Origin: a virus | Direction: 5' to 3' (one strand) | DNA: 64,000 nt | IMG/VR virus record: IMGVR_UViG_3300045812_000062 | Shown: positions 28,227 to 37,908 of the stretch, piece by piece | Layout of the letters: every line of letters begins with the position of its first letter | Position numbering within the stretch: position 1 is the first letter of the stretch | Made by a program: the position numbers and the translations under genes | The notes under the pieces: generated by a model | Database searches by the model: none | Told to the model about the DNA's origin: nothing | Seen by the model: the letters and a program-made list of their open reading frames with translations, nothing else

Positions 28227-29729
28227 ATGACTCATAGTGAGACGCCTCAGCATAAAAAGGAATGCAAGACATGCGATGGTAATGGCTTGATTGGCGGCGT
28301 CTACCGTGTCGGGGAGGCGGATGTTGATGCATGGGAAGAACCTTGTCCAGACTGTGGTCTGTCAGATAAATTGGAGCACCGACTAGCTTCTCATTGCATC
28401 GGGTACTTAGATGAAACGACGACAAACAATCAAACTGCCCATTTCGTTTTTCACAAGGAATTGGATTCCACATCTCAATCTAATACGCACCCAGTGTACG
28501 GCAAATCCGTCCGCGAATTGCTTGTGAAACTTGAAACAGAACGCGACGCAGCGCGACAGCATGGTGCTGAAGCTCGTGTTCGGGAGAACAAGGCCGAGGA
28601 TGCGCGCATTACCGCGTCTGAGAAGGCATCCAAGCTGGAACTTGAGATCGAAGATTTGAAGAAATCTCTCGAAGCCGCTGAAGCGCGTGTTGAAGCTGCC
28701 GAGAAGGACAAAGCCGAAACCGAGTCTATCTACAATGAAGCCATGGATTATCTTGTTCAGCTTCATATTATGCGGCGTGAACTTGGACACGAAGATATTG
28801 ACACCGTGGACGTCCTGAAAATTTATGCGGACATCCGTAAAGAAAACAAACGTCTTCGCGAACTGGTTGATATGGCGGAATCCTTTACCATTACTGACGA
28901 CAGCAAACGTCGAACTCATGGATATGATCATATCGAAGTCAAACATCGCGGAGACGATCTCTGGTGCGTTTCGAATGGAACTTCTGTTTTAAGCAGAAGC
29001 GGTGAGTGGGAATGGGAGCCTCAACCTTCCAGTCGGACAGATGAATTCATTGCAGACACCCGTTTTCCATTAGATGAAGCAATCGCTCGTGGATTTGAGG
29101 CAATCCAGAATGATCCCTTGAAACGCTCTATTCCTCGCTCTGGAACGCAAATGCCTCTTCCGTCATGGAACACGTTTGTTGCCTATCAGAAGCGTGTTGG
29201 CAGCTGGCTTGAAGACTGTTTTGGCCATACGATTGCACACGATAAGATCGAGCGCATCGACCGTTTTATTGAAGAGGCCATCGAACTCGCTCAATCCCTT
29301 GGCTATTCTGCCAATCGCGCGCACGCTTTGGTCAAATATGTCTTCAATCGTGACGTTGGCGAACCCAATCAGGAACTCGGCGGCACTCTCGTAACGTTAG
29401 CATCTCTTTGTTATGCTCACGGCCTCGACATGGCAGAGGGAGGTGAAGCCGAACTTCGCCGTATTATGCAGCCTGAAATCAGAGAAAAGATTAAGGCTAA
29501 GCAAAAGACGAAGCCAACAGGCTCTGCGTTGCCAATTCCTGGAGCTAAGGTTGCATACTGCCAGCCAATGGATAAAGGCGAACCAACAGCGCAAAAATTT
29601 GTCGTGCTATTCGATGATGCAGAAAAGCAGATGGCTGTCTTTGATGATGAATTCGAAGCTCGTGATTTCTGGAATAAGGCAAACAGCGACTGGAATTGTT
29701 ATTTGTTGGGGGCGTTGGAACGCTTTTAA
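28227..29729 (+). CDS. mosaic phage protein with N-terminal zinc finger, coiled coil and MazG-like NTP pyrophosphohydrolase domain
   Basis: CKTCDG...CPDCG; RFIEEAIELAQ...QELGGTLVTLASLC. Confidence 0.65.
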   Translation: MTHSETPQHKKECKTCDGNGLIGGVYRVGEADVDAWEEPCPDCGLSDKLEHRLASHCIGYLDETTTNNQTAHFVFHKELDSTSQSNTHPVYGKSVRELLVKLETERDAARQHGAEARVRENKAEDARITASEKASKLELEIEDLKKSLEAAEARVEAAEKDKAETESIYNEAMDYLVQLHIMRRELGHEDIDTVDVLKIYADIRKENKRLRELVDMAESFTITDDSKRRTHGYDHIEVKHRGDDLWCVSNGTSVLSRSGEWEWEPQPSSRTDEFIADTRFPLDEAIARGFEAIQNDPLKRSIPRSGTQMPLPSWNTFVAYQKRVGSWLEDCFGHTIAHDKIERIDRFIEEAIELAQSLGYSANRAHALVKYVFNRDVGEPNQELGGTLVTLASLCYAHGLDMAEGGEAELRRIMQPEIREKIKAKQKTKPTGSALPIPGAKVAYCQPMDKGEPTAQKFVVLFDDAEKQMAVFDDEFEARDFWNKANSDWNCYLLGALERF

Positions 29730-29731
29730 TA

Positions 29732-30066
29732 ATGAATGAGCATTCCTTCAAATTAAATCTGGAAGATGCTGTGCGCCTAGGATTTGCACCAGGCGCGTTC
29801 GCATCTCCTCTCCAAGTTCACCATTACGTGGACATGAACCGTTTAAGCTTCAAACGCTATATTATCGTTGGACTTGATGCCTCCTATTCCAAATTCAAAG
29901 TATCGAAAGAGTTGTATCGCGACAACGGAAAAATGCTTAGTATTTCTTGAAAGGAAAGGAATATTCATACGAGGATTGGCTTTCCCATCCACGAGTTGTT
30001 GAAGCTCTCGGTAATAATACGAACAATGAGCAGTCAGCAGATTTCACACCTCCCAAGTTTAGATAA
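29732..30066 (+). pseudogene. probable frameshifted gene
   Basis: ORF stops at 29950 but a -1 frame (29941-30066) continues YFLKGREYSYEDWLSHPRVVEALG...ADFTPPKFR. Confidence 0.4.
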
Positions 30067-30254
30067 CGAAAGAGTCGGGACACGAGATCGAACCAGCATT
30101 AGTCATTTCATTGTGGAGAAGCGTTAGTCGTCGGTTACTGCTTCCTATTCGCTATTAGTGGTCTCTTTAAATTCTGCCTCTAAACATCGTTCAAAAAAGC
30201 TTGCTCCGCCACCAGTAATGTCTTACAGTGTCTTACGCCATAGGAGGCGATAAA

Positions 30255-30515
30255 ATGTCAAACAGCAATCTCTCGGAGTCAGTTACCGTTAGAGTCCCTA
30301 ACAAAATTAACGGCGACCTTGAAAAAATCGCTGAAGCAACAGATCGGTCTAAGAGCTATATCATTGTCCGTGCGCTGAAAACTTACCTCATGAATGAGGG
30401 AGCGGATATTTTAAACGCCATTAAAGGCCGAGAACAGATCGCAGAAGGAGACAGTGATGATATCGACGATGTGATCGCTGACATGGAGCGTATTATCGGT
30501 AAGAAGGTCGCTTGA
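30255..30515 (+). CDS. CopG/RHH-type antitoxin
   Basis: SVTVRVP...LEKIAEATDRSKSYIIVRAL; GGAGG RBS; TGATG coupling to toxin. Confidence 0.85.
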   Translation: MSNSNLSESVTVRVPNKINGDLEKIAEATDRSKSYIIVRALKTYLMNEGADILNAIKGREQIAEGDSDDIDDVIADMERIIGKKVA

Positions 30516-30859
30516 TGCGTATTAGATTATCGCGACAAGCAAGCAACTTCGTTCGCAAGGAAACGAAATATCTTAATGACCGAAGCCCATCCGCTGCAGA
30601 AAAATTCTTGAATTCGATAAAAGAGGCTAAAAAGACGCTTCTGCAATTTCCAAAAATCGGAAATGGCGCACATGGTTTGCATATCAAAGATGCATTAACT
30701 TTTGTGGTTGGCGATTATCTTCTCGACTACATTCCAGATGTCGAATTTGTCGACATCATCAACATCCGGCATGGACGCATGTTACAGAATACTCCAGAGG
30801 TTAGCTCTGACAATGAATTTGATGATGAAGACGCTATTAGCCCTCCCTCACCAAAATAG
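30515..30859 (+). CDS. RelE/ParE-family toxin with extra acidic C-terminal tail
   Basis: IRLSRQA...YL...SPSAAEKF...L..FPKIG...YLLDY...IINIRHGRM followed by ~25 extra aa. Confidence 0.85.
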   Translation: MRIRLSRQASNFVRKETKYLNDRSPSAAEKFLNSIKEAKKTLLQFPKIGNGAHGLHIKDALTFVVGDYLLDYIPDVEFVDIINIRHGRMLQNTPEVSSDNEFDDEDAISPPSPK

Positions 30860-30875
30860 TCATATAGGTCACATG

Positions 30876-30907
30876 AAAAAAGCGGGCCAACAATGCTAAC
30901 CCGCTTT
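30876..30907 (-). terminator. intrinsic terminator (poly-U on the minus strand)
   Basis: AAAGCGGG/CCCGCTTT inverted repeat with A6 on the left. Confidence 0.6.
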
Positions 30908-30944
30908 CCAAATCAAATATGGCACTCTTGCATTCGAGGTTGAC

Positions 30945-32871
30945 TGGTCCATAAATTTTGATAAGAATTAATACCTATTATGGGATTAGGTGTGGTATTT
31001 GATCAGAACATTTGAAACACGTCTGGATTTAAGAGCGGATGATTTGCTTCCGCTCTTTAACGTGTTGGATCAATATAGTTCTTTGATGAACTATGCTCAA
31101 CGCATTATTCATGCCAAGCTAAAAGCAGGCCGCGTCTGGACTGGTGATTTACATAAAACACTCTACCGCGAAATTGGTATCGGCTCTGTTCATCTGAACA
31201 TGGCCTATCGCCAGTTATTGGCAAAGCTCTCTTCTATCAAGGAATTAGCGAAAGATCGCGTCAAAGACCTGAAGGACAGAATTAAGTCCAAAGAAAGTGA
31301 TATTGCCAAAAAAGAAAAGGCAATTAATCGCAATAAAATTAATGCGAAAAAGGTTTCAGCCGAACTAGTCCTCTGGGAAGAACGGGTAAAGCGTTTTAAA
31401 GATGCGGTCGATGATGGGCATGTCCATATTGAAGATAAATTAAAACGCTCAATCAAAGAATATTACGCTTATCTCGATCAGCTTCGTGAATTAAAGGCAG
31501 TGCGTAAAACACTTAAAGATGCGGTACATCAGAACAAGCGGCGTTTAAGCATACTGCGTCTTAAATTGGCAGAAGCTGAGCTTGCCGTTACGAATCCATC
31601 GATCTGCTTTGGAACAAAGAAACTCTTTAAAAAGCAATACTTTCTCAATGAAAATGGTTTCAAAAACCATGGAGAATGGCTTGAAGCGTGGAGAGAAAAG
31701 CGAAACAGCCAGTTCAAGTTTGATGGTAATGCCGCAGTGGGAAGCGGCAACGACTTCGCAAAACTGAGCATCAGGGATGATGGTCTGTTTGATCTGGAAT
31801 TACGTTTGCCGGATAAGCTGAAGCACCTGGCCCAAGAACATAAGTTTAATGGAAAAATTCATATTGTCAGGTTTAAAGCATTATCGTTCAATCACGGCTC
31901 TGACGTCATTCGGGAAGCTCTGAGTAACAAACAGCCTGCGACTGTTTCGTTCATCAAGGATGAAACATCGTGGAAGGTGAGCGTCACGGTAGATCAGAAG
32001 CTCGAATGGATCGAACCTGATTATAACTATGGGGCATTAGGCGTTGATTTTAATGCCAATCATATTGCCCTGTCTCTCATTGACCGCTTCGGTAATCCAG
32101 TCCGGTCATGGACATTGCCGCTTAACACCTATGGACTGAGCAGTGATCAGGTTCAGGATTTAGTCAGAAAATGCGCCAAACAGATTGTCGACATTGCTTT
32201 GGAATATGATGTGCCTATTATCAGCGAAAAGCTCGACTTTTCGCGTAAGAAGCGAGACATAAAAGCAGAAGATGGAGCAAATTATGCCCGCATGCTGTCA
32301 TCACTTGTCTATAGTGGTTTTGACGCAGCACTCGCTTCAGCCTGTACGCGTTTCCGCGTTGCACATAAGCGGGTTAACCCCGCTTACACCTCATTGATCG
32401 GTCGTGTGAAGTTTGCTCGTCGTTATGGCTTGAGCGTCCACACGGCTGCCGCCGTTTCCATTGCCCGCAGGGCTATGGAACTTTCCGAGGGATTACCTCG
32501 TCAGGTTGATGGGACAATCATTGTCCCGTTCAACAATTCTGAACATGGCACCTTTGCTCTACCTGCAAGGAAGGAAAGCCTGGCATCCGCCAGGCCTGTA
32601 AAGCATGTATGGTCGGAATGGAACGAGGTGAACAAGGAACTGAAAAAGGCTCATGAAGAGCAAAGTCTGTCTGGGCGTAAACGTTCCAGACCCTTCACCC
32701 GTCGTCACTGGCGGGAATGTGGTGGTGCATCTTATCTGCGCCATGGTCTTTCTGGATTAATCGGCCGTGCCGAGACCGTCCAGCTTAGTCGCAACGGCCA
32801 AGGGCTGGCCAAACGCCAGGAAGTCATTCCTGAAATGAAAATTCCATAATGAGGTCAAAACTATGTTTCAA
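30945..32871 (+). mobile_element. non-autonomous IS200/IS605-family (TnpB-only) element
   Basis: Left flank ends TTGAC (30940-30944), right end TTCAA (32867-32871), similar to ISDra2 TTGAT/TTCAA; no tnpA in window; removal rejoins a hairpin. Confidence 0.65.
30990..32849 (+). CDS. tnpB: large TnpB-related RNA-guided nuclease homolog
   Basis: RuvC-I ALGVDFNANH, RuvC-II IISEKLDF, VNPAYTS, RuvC-III-like SVHTAAAVSIARR; long coiled-coil insertion; no CxxC zinc finger. Confidence 0.85.
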   Translation: MWYLIRTFETRLDLRADDLLPLFNVLDQYSSLMNYAQRIIHAKLKAGRVWTGDLHKTLYREIGIGSVHLNMAYRQLLAKLSSIKELAKDRVKDLKDRIKSKESDIAKKEKAINRNKINAKKVSAELVLWEERVKRFKDAVDDGHVHIEDKLKRSIKEYYAYLDQLRELKAVRKTLKDAVHQNKRRLSILRLKLAEAELAVTNPSICFGTKKLFKKQYFLNENGFKNHGEWLEAWREKRNSQFKFDGNAAVGSGNDFAKLSIRDDGLFDLELRLPDKLKHLAQEHKFNGKIHIVRFKALSFNHGSDVIREALSNKQPATVSFIKDETSWKVSVTVDQKLEWIEPDYNYGALGVDFNANHIALSLIDRFGNPVRSWTLPLNTYGLSSDQVQDLVRKCAKQIVDIALEYDVPIISEKLDFSRKKRDIKAEDGANYARMLSSLVYSGFDAALASACTRFRVAHKRVNPAYTSLIGRVKFARRYGLSVHTAAAVSIARRAMELSEGLPRQVDGTIIVPFNNSEHGTFALPARKESLASARPVKHVWSEWNEVNKELKKAHEEQSLSGRKRSRPFTRRHWRECGGASYLRHGLSGLIGRAETVQLSRNGQGLAKRQEVIPEMKIP

Positions 32872-32890
32872 CCTCCAATGCGGAAGAGCC

Positions 32891-33982
32891 TCAATCCTCA
32901 ATGCCGTATGTATCTCCATCATCTGCATCAGGACCACTATTATCAAGCAACTGATCTGCAATAAGCCCTGCATCAGCCCGCAGCTTTTCCGCGATTTCAT
33001 CGCAAATCTCAGGGTTCTCTTTCAGGAACTGTTTGGCATTCTCACGTCCCTGACCAAGACGCACTGAATTGTACGAGAACCAGGCTCCAGACTTTTCAAC
33101 GACGTTGGCCTTCCCACCAAGATCAACGATTTCTCCAGTTCTCGAAACGCCTTCACCATACATAATGTCGAATTCAACCTGCTTGAAGGGAGGAGCCATC
33201 TTATTCTTGACTACCTTCACACGGGTCTGATTACCAATGACTTCATCACGTTCCTTGATGGAACCGATACGGCGAATATCGAGACGGACAGAAGCGTAGA
33301 ACTTGAGAGCATTCCCGCCAGTCGTGGTTTCCGGAGAACCAAACATTACACCGATTTTCATGCGGATCTGATTGATGAAGATCACGAGCGTATTCGACCG
33401 TGAAATTGTCGCCGTCAATTTGCGCAAGGCCTGAGACATCAAACGGGCTTGTAACCCTGGCAACGATGCCCCCATTTCACCTTCGATTTCTGCACGAGGT
33501 GTAAGGGCTGCCACAGAATCCACGATGAGGACGTCAACTGCTCCTGAGCGAACAAGGGTTTCCGTAATCTCAAGAGCCTGCTCTCCAGTATCCGGCTGCG
33601 AGATCAGCAAGTTATCAAGATCGACACCGAGCTTGCGTGCGTAAACAGGATCAAGCGCATGTTCGGCATCGACAAATGCACAGATGCCACCTGACTTTTG
33701 GGCTTCAGCGATAGTATGGAGGGCGAGGGTAGTCTTACCGGAACTTTCAGGCCCATAGATTTCGACAATACGCCCTCTTGGAAGCCCACCAATACCCAGC
33801 GCGATGTCTAGTGACAGGGAGCCAGTCGAGATAGTCTTGACTTCCACAACCTGATCATTGGCACCGAGTTTCATGATTGAACCCTTGCCGAATGCACGTT
33901 CGATCTGAGACAGCGCTGAATCCAGCGCCTTCTCTTTATCTGTAGTATTGCCTTCTACAAGCTTGAGGGATGCCTTTGCCAT
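32891..33982 (-). CDS. recA: recombinase RecA
   Basis: [50 protein letters not shown]; ATG at 33982. Confidence 0.99.
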   Translation of the reverse strand: MAKASLKLVEGNTTDKEKALDSALSQIERAFGKGSIMKLGANDQVVEVKTISTGSLSLDIALGIGGLPRGRIVEIYGPESSGKTTLALHTIAEAQKSGGICAFVDAEHALDPVYARKLGVDLDNLLISQPDTGEQALEITETLVRSGAVDVLIVDSVAALTPRAEIEGEMGASLPGLQARLMSQALRKLTATISRSNTLVIFINQIRMKIGVMFGSPETTTGGNALKFYASVRLDIRRIGSIKERDEVIGNQTRVKVVKNKMAPPFKQVEFDIMYGEGVSRTGEIVDLGGKANVVEKSGAWFSYNSVRLGQGRENAKQFLKENPEICDEIAEKLRADAGLIADQLLDNSGPDADDGDTYGIED

Positions 33983-34015
33983 GGTCGCCGCCTTTCTGTT
34001 CGATTGACGGCGCTT

Positions 34016-34030
34016 GTACACGGTTTGTTC
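34016..34030 (-). promoter_or_regulatory. alphaproteobacterial LexA (SOS) box of recA
   Basis: GAAC-AAACCGT-GTAC (GAAC-N7-GTAC) about 35-50 nt upstream of the recA ATG. Confidence 0.75.
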
Positions 34031-34070
34031 TCATTTAGCAAGTGGTCAAAATCGATAATTTGAAATACGC

Positions 34071-37000
34071 CTACATACTCATCGAAGGACGATTATCATC
34101 TTCATCATTATCTGGTGTTCTAGGAGCAGGGGTTGATTTCGGTTTTGGACCTTTTTGGGGTTCCCATTCAAACCCGATGCTGTCTAGCAGGTCTATCCTG
34201 GACTGCGGCAGTTTCTTTGCATTATAAGCGACTCTCTGAGTGCCTACCCACGATCCCATAGACGAACCATCGGAGAACGCAATGTCTTTATCTCCCCGCT
34301 TAGGATACTCACCGCCATTATCTTTTAGATATTGATCAAATTCTTGTACTTTTTCTTCAAAAGTCATTCCGTACTCCCATTTAAACCCGATGCTATTTAG
34401 GAGTTTTATTCTGTCCTGCGGCATTTTATCTGCATTATAAGCTGTTCTCTGTGCATTGACCCACGATCCCATAGACGAACCATCTGAGAACGTATTGACT
34501 TTATCATTCGACTTAGGATGCACACTGCCATTATCATTTAGATACTGATCAAATTCTTGTACCTTTTGTTCAAATGAGATGGCCCCCCACTCAAACCCGA
34601 TGCTATCTAGCAGATCTATCCTGGCCTGCGACATTTTCCCTGCATTATAAGCTGTTCTTTGTTGACTAACCCACGATCCCATAAAACTGCCATCGAAAAA
34701 CGTAGTGTCTTTATCCCTATTCTTAGGATACACCCCGCCATTCTCTTTTAAATATTGATATAGTTTTTGTACTTTTTCTTCAAAAGTCATTCCGTATACC
34801 CATTTAAACCTGATACTATTTAGGAGGTCTATTCTTGCCTGCGGCATTTTATTTGAATTATAAGCTGTTCTCTGTTGACTGATCCACGCTCCCATAGACG
34901 TTCCATTGGAGAACGTACTGTCTTTATCATCCCACTTAGGATACCTTCCGCCATTATCTTTTAGATATTGATCAAATTCTTGTACCTTGTGTTCAAATGA
35001 AATGGTCCCCCACTCAAACCCGATGCTATTTAGGAGGTCTATTTTTTCCTGCGATAATGTATTTTCTTTACGGTCGTATCTCAGTGTGCCGACCCATCTT
35101 CCCATAGGTTTCCCATCGGAGAACGCAATGTCTTTATCTCCCCACTTAGGATACACGCCGCCATTGTCTTTTAGATATTGATCAAATTCTTGTACTTTCT
35201 GTTCAAAAGTCAAATTGTATTCTTTATCAACCCATTTAAACCCGATGCTATTTAGGAGGTCTATTCTAGACTGCGGCATTTTCCCTGTTTTACAATCTTG
35301 TCTCTGTGTATTAACCCACGATCCCATAGGCTTTCCATCGGAAAACAGAACATCTTTATTCGCAGCTGCAGGATACTTACCGCCATTATCATTCAGATAT
35401 TGATAGAGTTCTTGTACTTTTTCTTCAAAAGTCATTCCGTCTACCCATTTAAACCCGATGCTATTTAAGAGGTCTATTCTGGACTGCGGCATTTTTCCTG
35501 CATTATAAGCTACTCTCTGTGTGTTGACCCAAATTCCCATAGACGAACCATCAGAGAACTCAGCTTCTTTATCTCCCTTCTTAGGATACTCCCCGCCATT
35601 CTCATCGAGATACTTATTCAGTTCAGCGACACGCGTTCTAAACGATGCCAGCTTATTGACAATTTTTGTCTCAATAATTCTTTCGATGGTTTCAGACAGG
35701 ACAAGATACTTAGGATTTTGTTGTTCATTTGCGCCTGTATGAATAATACGTCTGCTTAAATCTTCTCTCGCCGCTTTAATACGTTCCTCATCTCCAGACC
35801 CGCGGGCGGAAGCCATCTCATTGATGACAGCCATCAAATCTTCATCTTCTGCCGCAAGGGCATTGATGACGCGATAAAGTGTGGAATATTCTGCACTCTC
35901 GGCAACTTCTTCAAGCGTCTGACCTGGCTTTCGATCCATCACAACCGGAAGAACGACATAGCCAGTTTCTTTATTTGCTGATTTTCGTGTGACACGACCA
36001 ACCGCCTGAACAATATCGATGCCACTTTCACGATTATCGACAAACGCAACCATATCAATATCAGGAACGTCGACGCCTTCCGTCATAACCTTGGCATTAG
36101 TAATGATGGCCGGATTCCTCTGCCCAAGAATAGACACCTTCTGCGCACGTTCTTTTGCAGACATCTTACCGCTAACGAAATTCACGTTCCAATTGTCCGG
36201 CATGACCTCGTTCATGATATTAGATAATCTTTGCGCAGAATTTGTTGTCGTTTGATAGGTCACAACGTTCCGAGCGCCAGTTTCTTCAATGACCTTTTTC
36301 ACAGCTAAGGCTGCCGCTGCATCATCTCGGTTAAGCTCCAACTTACCTGCCTGAACAAGAGCATTATTGTAATGATCAGCTTCGTCTTTAAACATAGCCG
36401 CAATGACGATTTTAAAGGGAACAATGACCTCGTCTTTTACAGCTTCTGCGAATTTATATTCATGAGCAACGTGACCATAAGTCTCCTCGTTATCCATTGA
36501 ATACGCATAACTGTCGTCCTCATCGTTGTTCTTTTTGATGTTCATAACCCTTGGCGTCGCAGTCATAGACATGCGCTGCAGAATGGGAATTCTGTCGTCA
36601 TTAAGAGGGTAGGTGAACGCACTCTCATCGACAGCCTTTCTCTCTCCCTGCACAGCTGTTCGGTGTGCTTCGTCCAGAATGCCGAGATTGAAGGCTTTGA
36701 ATGTTGTGTCTTTAATGGCTTCGCTTAAAACAGGCGACGACTGATAAGTACAGAATGTGACCTTCAATTCATCCTTTTTCCGAGGACGATTGAGATAGTT
36801 TTTAATCGTATCGACATCGGTCGTCGTAAAGCACTTCAAATCTTCGACCGTTAAATCAGCGTTTTCCTCACCAATCCGTGGTACATCGCCTGTAACGGTG
36901 TTATCCGAACAGATCGCTTGAAATGAGTAGTTCTCTCGATCTGCGAATTCGTCAGCCCAGGATTCAATTGTCTGTTTCATCAGGTTCAGACTGGGCACAA

Positions 37001-37853
37001 AAACGACGACATCTCCACCTTTTTTATAAACATCGCTTGTAAACCGCGACGACACAAAGGTCTTACCCGTTCCACATGCAGAGATATACTGAATGCGATC
37101 ACCTTTGGAGAACCCGCTTTTAATATTCTTAAGTGCACGGTTCTGATCCGGCCTCGGATTTTTCTTTTTTCGTTTCTCATATGAATTTTTATTGATGTAA
37201 TCAATGATCTGCTGAATGCGATCTTCCGACAGGCTAATAAGATCGTCATAGACTATCTTGATACGGTTCGACCCTTTTAATTCCGGGCCTTTGTTTTCCG
37301 CATCTATACGAGCGCCAGATGTAACCAAAACCTGACCATCTGCAGCTTTGGACTGATCATAAAACGTAGTCACGGCTTTATATGTAATTGACGCATTCGT
37401 ATTGGTTACATATTTGTCCTGAACAGTGAATATACGTCCGATATTGTCAATAAATACAAGATCAATGCCGTTGTCTTGATCTTTATCCTGAAGGCCTAAT
37501 TTCTCAATAGCATAACGACGATTTTCATCTATAACACCATTATCCCCAGGCTTGAACGCATAGACCACTCTCAAGGTTGGATCAGTCATGATCATCCCGT
37601 GAACAAACGTTTCGAACAGATCTCCTTTTAACTTATTTAGCGCTTTGTCGTCTTTATCTTGTTTTGATCGGCCACCCAGTACAGCGCCCTTGATTGCATT
37701 GACAACTGCCGTTCCTGGATTTTCACCGCTCGAAACGTTTGCAATTGCATCATGAATATCGTCATAAGTACGGATTTCACGGTTTTTCAACACATGGGTT
37801 TTAAATAGAGTTTTGTCTTTCTGAGAGATCATATCGTCATTTCCAAAATTCAA
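34071..37853 (-). CDS. Mrr-like nuclease + SF2 (DEAH) helicase + 7 helicase-associated (HA) repeats
   Basis: GIDLV...VQDKY nuclease motif; ACGTGKT, DEAH, TATP, EGVDVP, QAVGRVTR; seven ~70-aa repeats ending RIDLLNSIGF.W. Confidence 0.9.
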   Translation of the reverse strand: MNFGNDDMISQKDKTLFKTHVLKNREIRTYDDIHDAIANVSSGENPGTAVVNAIKGAVLGGRSKQDKDDKALNKLKGDLFETFVHGMIMTDPTLRVVYAFKPGDNGVIDENRRYAIEKLGLQDKDQDNGIDLVFIDNIGRIFTVQDKYVTNTNASITYKAVTTFYDQSKAADGQVLVTSGARIDAENKGPELKGSNRIKIVYDDLISLSEDRIQQIIDYINKNSYEKRKKKNPRPDQNRALKNIKSGFSKGDRIQYISACGTGKTFVSSRFTSDVYKKGGDVVVFVPSLNLMKQTIESWADEFADRENYSFQAICSDNTVTGDVPRIGEENADLTVEDLKCFTTTDVDTIKNYLNRPRKKDELKVTFCTYQSSPVLSEAIKDTTFKAFNLGILDEAHRTAVQGERKAVDESAFTYPLNDDRIPILQRMSMTATPRVMNIKKNNDEDDSYAYSMDNEETYGHVAHEYKFAEAVKDEVIVPFKIVIAAMFKDEADHYNNALVQAGKLELNRDDAAAALAVKKVIEETGARNVVTYQTTTNSAQRLSNIMNEVMPDNWNVNFVSGKMSAKERAQKVSILGQRNPAIITNAKVMTEGVDVPDIDMVAFVDNRESGIDIVQAVGRVTRKSANKETGYVVLPVVMDRKPGQTLEEVAESAEYSTLYRVINALAAEDEDLMAVINEMASARGSGDEERIKAAREDLSRRIIHTGANEQQNPKYLVLSETIERIIETKIVNKLASFRTRVAELNKYLDENGGEYPKKGDKEAEFSDGSSMGIWVNTQRVAYNAGKMPQSRIDLLNSIGFKWVDGMTFEEKVQELYQYLNDNGGKYPAAANKDVLFSDGKPMGSWVNTQRQDCKTGKMPQSRIDLLNSIGFKWVDKEYNLTFEQKVQEFDQYLKDNGGVYPKWGDKDIAFSDGKPMGRWVGTLRYDRKENTLSQEKIDLLNSIGFEWGTISFEHKVQEFDQYLKDNGGRYPKWDDKDSTFSNGTSMGAWISQQRTAYNSNKMPQARIDLLNSIRFKWVYGMTFEEKVQKLYQYLKENGGVYPKNRDKDTTFFDGSFMGSWVSQQRTAYNAGKMSQARIDLLDSIGFEWGAISFEQKVQEFDQYLNDNGSVHPKSNDKVNTFSDGSSMGSWVNAQRTAYNADKMPQDRIKLLNSIGFKWEYGMTFEEKVQEFDQYLKDNGGEYPKRGDKDIAFSDGSSMGSWVGTQRVAYNAKKLPQSRIDLLDSIGFEWEPQKGPKPKSTPAPRTPDNDEDDNRPSMSM
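34158..35647 (-). repeat. seven ~210-bp coding repeats (HA domains)
   Basis: Recurring aaacccgatgctatttaggaggtctatt-type units at ~210-bp period. Confidence 0.9.
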
Positions 37854-37908
37854 CTTCAGAAAAACGATAAGGTTTATCTTTGCAATGGACTACCGCCGTT
37901 GATCCAGT

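Noticed and set aside
30926-32881. Terminal inverted repeats of a DDE-type transposon around tnpB
   Set aside because: No DDE transposase or target duplication; better explained as the two arms of a pre-existing hairpin split by an IS200/605-type insertion.
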